From assembly GCA_023898645.1 (NCBI GenBank), contig CP060232.1:420001-452000 (forward strand): 32,000 nt of DNA, in the 5' to 3' direction. Position numbers and translations under genes: made by a program. Position 1 is the stretch's first letter, and each line of letters opens with the position of its first letter. The notes below the pieces were generated by a model. It made no database searches and was not told where the DNA came from. It worked only from the letters and a program-made list of their open reading frames with translations. This stretch comes from Candidatus Saccharimonadota bacterium. Lineage in GTDB: Bacteria; Patescibacteriota; Saccharimonadia; Saccharimonadales; Saccharimonadaceae. Positions 31,042-32,000 of this stretch are shown here, one piece after another.

Positions 31042-32000
31042 ATGATGAAATATTTAAAAAAATCTATTTACATTATTCTTAGCGTAGTGCTACTTTCGCC
31101 TATGCTTTTACCTTATTCACGTGCATTGGCCGATGGTTCCAACTTGATTGCCAACGCTTCTGTCGAGGCGGCGGCAAGTAACAAGCCACTTAACTGGACT
31201 ACAAATAGTTGGGGCACAAATACAGCTACATTTGATTATGCGACAACTGGTCATACGGGGAGTCGAAGTCTTTCTGTGTCCGTATCTAATTATACTAACG
31301 GTGACGCTAAGTGGATGGCTGATCAGGTCGCTGTAACTGCGGGTCAAACATACACGTATACTGATTATAGTAAGTCAAATGTTATGACTGAGCTCGATCT
31401 TGCATATATGAAAGCTTCTGGTGGCATGAGCTTTGTGTATCTTAAATCTATACCAGCAAGTAACACGTGGCAACAAACATCTACTACTTTTACAGTACCC
31501 GCAGGGATGGTGAGTGTTTCTGTGTACCATATTGTGTATTCTAACGGTTCAATGCAGACCGATGACTATAGTTTGACTCTGCAGGGCCAACCTACACCTA
31601 CACCTACACCTACACCTACACCTACACCTACACCTACACCTACACCCAACCTTATAGGGAATTCTTCGTTCGAAACGGCAAATGGAATTGATCCGGCAGG
31701 GTGGCATCGTGGCGGTTGGGGTACAAACACTCCTACATTTACGTACGCGTCAAGCAGTGCACGTACAGGTAGCCGTAGTGTAAGCGTTAGTCTGTCGAGT
31801 GTGAGCAGTGGTGATGTGAAGTGGTATGCCGATCCAGTACCTGTGAGTGTCGGCACGACGTACACGTATGAGGACTATTACACTTCAACCGTAGGTACTC
31901 GTGTTCTTGTGGCTATGACCAATACAAATGGTGTCAACAGTTACAGCGAGTTGACTGCCGCGCCAGCTGAAGCAACGTGGGCTCTTTATACGGATAGCTT
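31042..32000 (+). CDS. secreted protein with two tandem carbohydrate-binding-module-like (CBM4/9-type) domains joined by a (PT)9 linker; 3' end outside window
   Basis: The frame is open to the window edge, so it is absent from the ORF track. Signal peptide ends ...SRALA. The two modules are paralogous (NLIANASVE...GDAKWMAD...GQTYTYTDY versus NLIGNSSFE...GDVKWYAD...GTTYTYEDY). Confidence 0.75.
   Translation, partial: MMKYLKKSIYIILSVVLLSPMLLPYSRALADGSNLIANASVEAAASNKPLNWTTNSWGTNTATFDYATTGHTGSRSLSVSVSNYTNGDAKWMADQVAVTAGQTYTYTDYSKSNVMTELDLAYMKASGGMSFVYLKSIPASNTWQQTSTTFTVPAGMVSVSVYHIVYSNGSMQTDDYSLTLQGQPTPTPTPTPTPTPTPTPTPNLIGNSSFETANGIDPAGWHRGGWGTNTPTFTYASSSARTGSRSVSVSLSSVSSGDVKWYADPVPVSVGTTYTYEDYYTSTVGTRVLVAMTNTNGVNSYSELTAAPAEATWALYTDS
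31591..31644 (+). repeat. perfect tandem hexanucleotide repeat (CCTACA)x9 encoding a Pro-Thr linker
   Basis: Counted directly. In frame with the CDS. Confidence 0.95.

Noticed and set aside
31566-31865. 99-aa minus-strand ORF with a GVGVGV repeat; tandem repeat considered as a CRISPR or VNTR locus
   Set aside because: It is antisense to the Pro-Thr linker of the CBM protein. The 6-nt units have no spacers, so this is not a CRISPR array.

Overview
The window is a compact bacterial chromosome segment of roughly 50% GC, based on hand counts of sampled 60-nt lines. Gene content and style suggest a streamlined Patescibacteria/CPR-type genome, possibly Saccharibacteria; this is inference only. Bases 1-12000 carry + strand housekeeping genes: the murF 3' end, leuS, rpmF (missed by the ORF track), nusB, a Nudix hydrolase, rnc, rpsP, a KH-domain gene and trmD. 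These are interleaved with minus-strand orphan genes that each have a near-consensus sigma70-type promoter and a hairpin terminator. Bases 4000-5560 hold four ~90-aa three-TM membrane protein genes. They share duplicated promoters and leaders, an exact 23-nt leader repeat, and 13-bp inverted repeats that bracket each transcription unit. Bases 12200-14340 encode small membrane proteins. tRNA-Gln(CUG) lies at 14460-14534 and is followed by a second copy of its last 21 nt, an att-like scar. A lower-GC block follows, with a processive-type GT2 glycosyltransferase, a receiver-only response regulator and a histidine kinase. Further right are a K+/H+ antiporter, an APC permease and a Cys-rich mini-protein. 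Next is a PRTase / PH-PNPOx / nucleotidyltransferase trio. That is followed by a three-gene flavinylation module: an FMN-binding protein, ApbE, and an NqrB/RnfD-like::FNR-like fusion. The window ends with a shikimate-kinase-like gene, two divergent orphans, an LTXXQ secreted protein, and a secreted protein with tandem CBM-like modules joined by a perfect (CCTACA)9 linker, which runs off the edge. I saw no rRNA, CRISPR array, integrase or transposase. The best candidates for undescribed biology are three. (1) The bracketed small-membrane-protein cassettes at 4002-5560. (2) The GC-rich orphan pair inserted between rpsP and the KH gene. (3) The minimal ApbE/FMN-bind/NqrB-FNR module. All functional calls come from motifs read by eye; no database search was possible.
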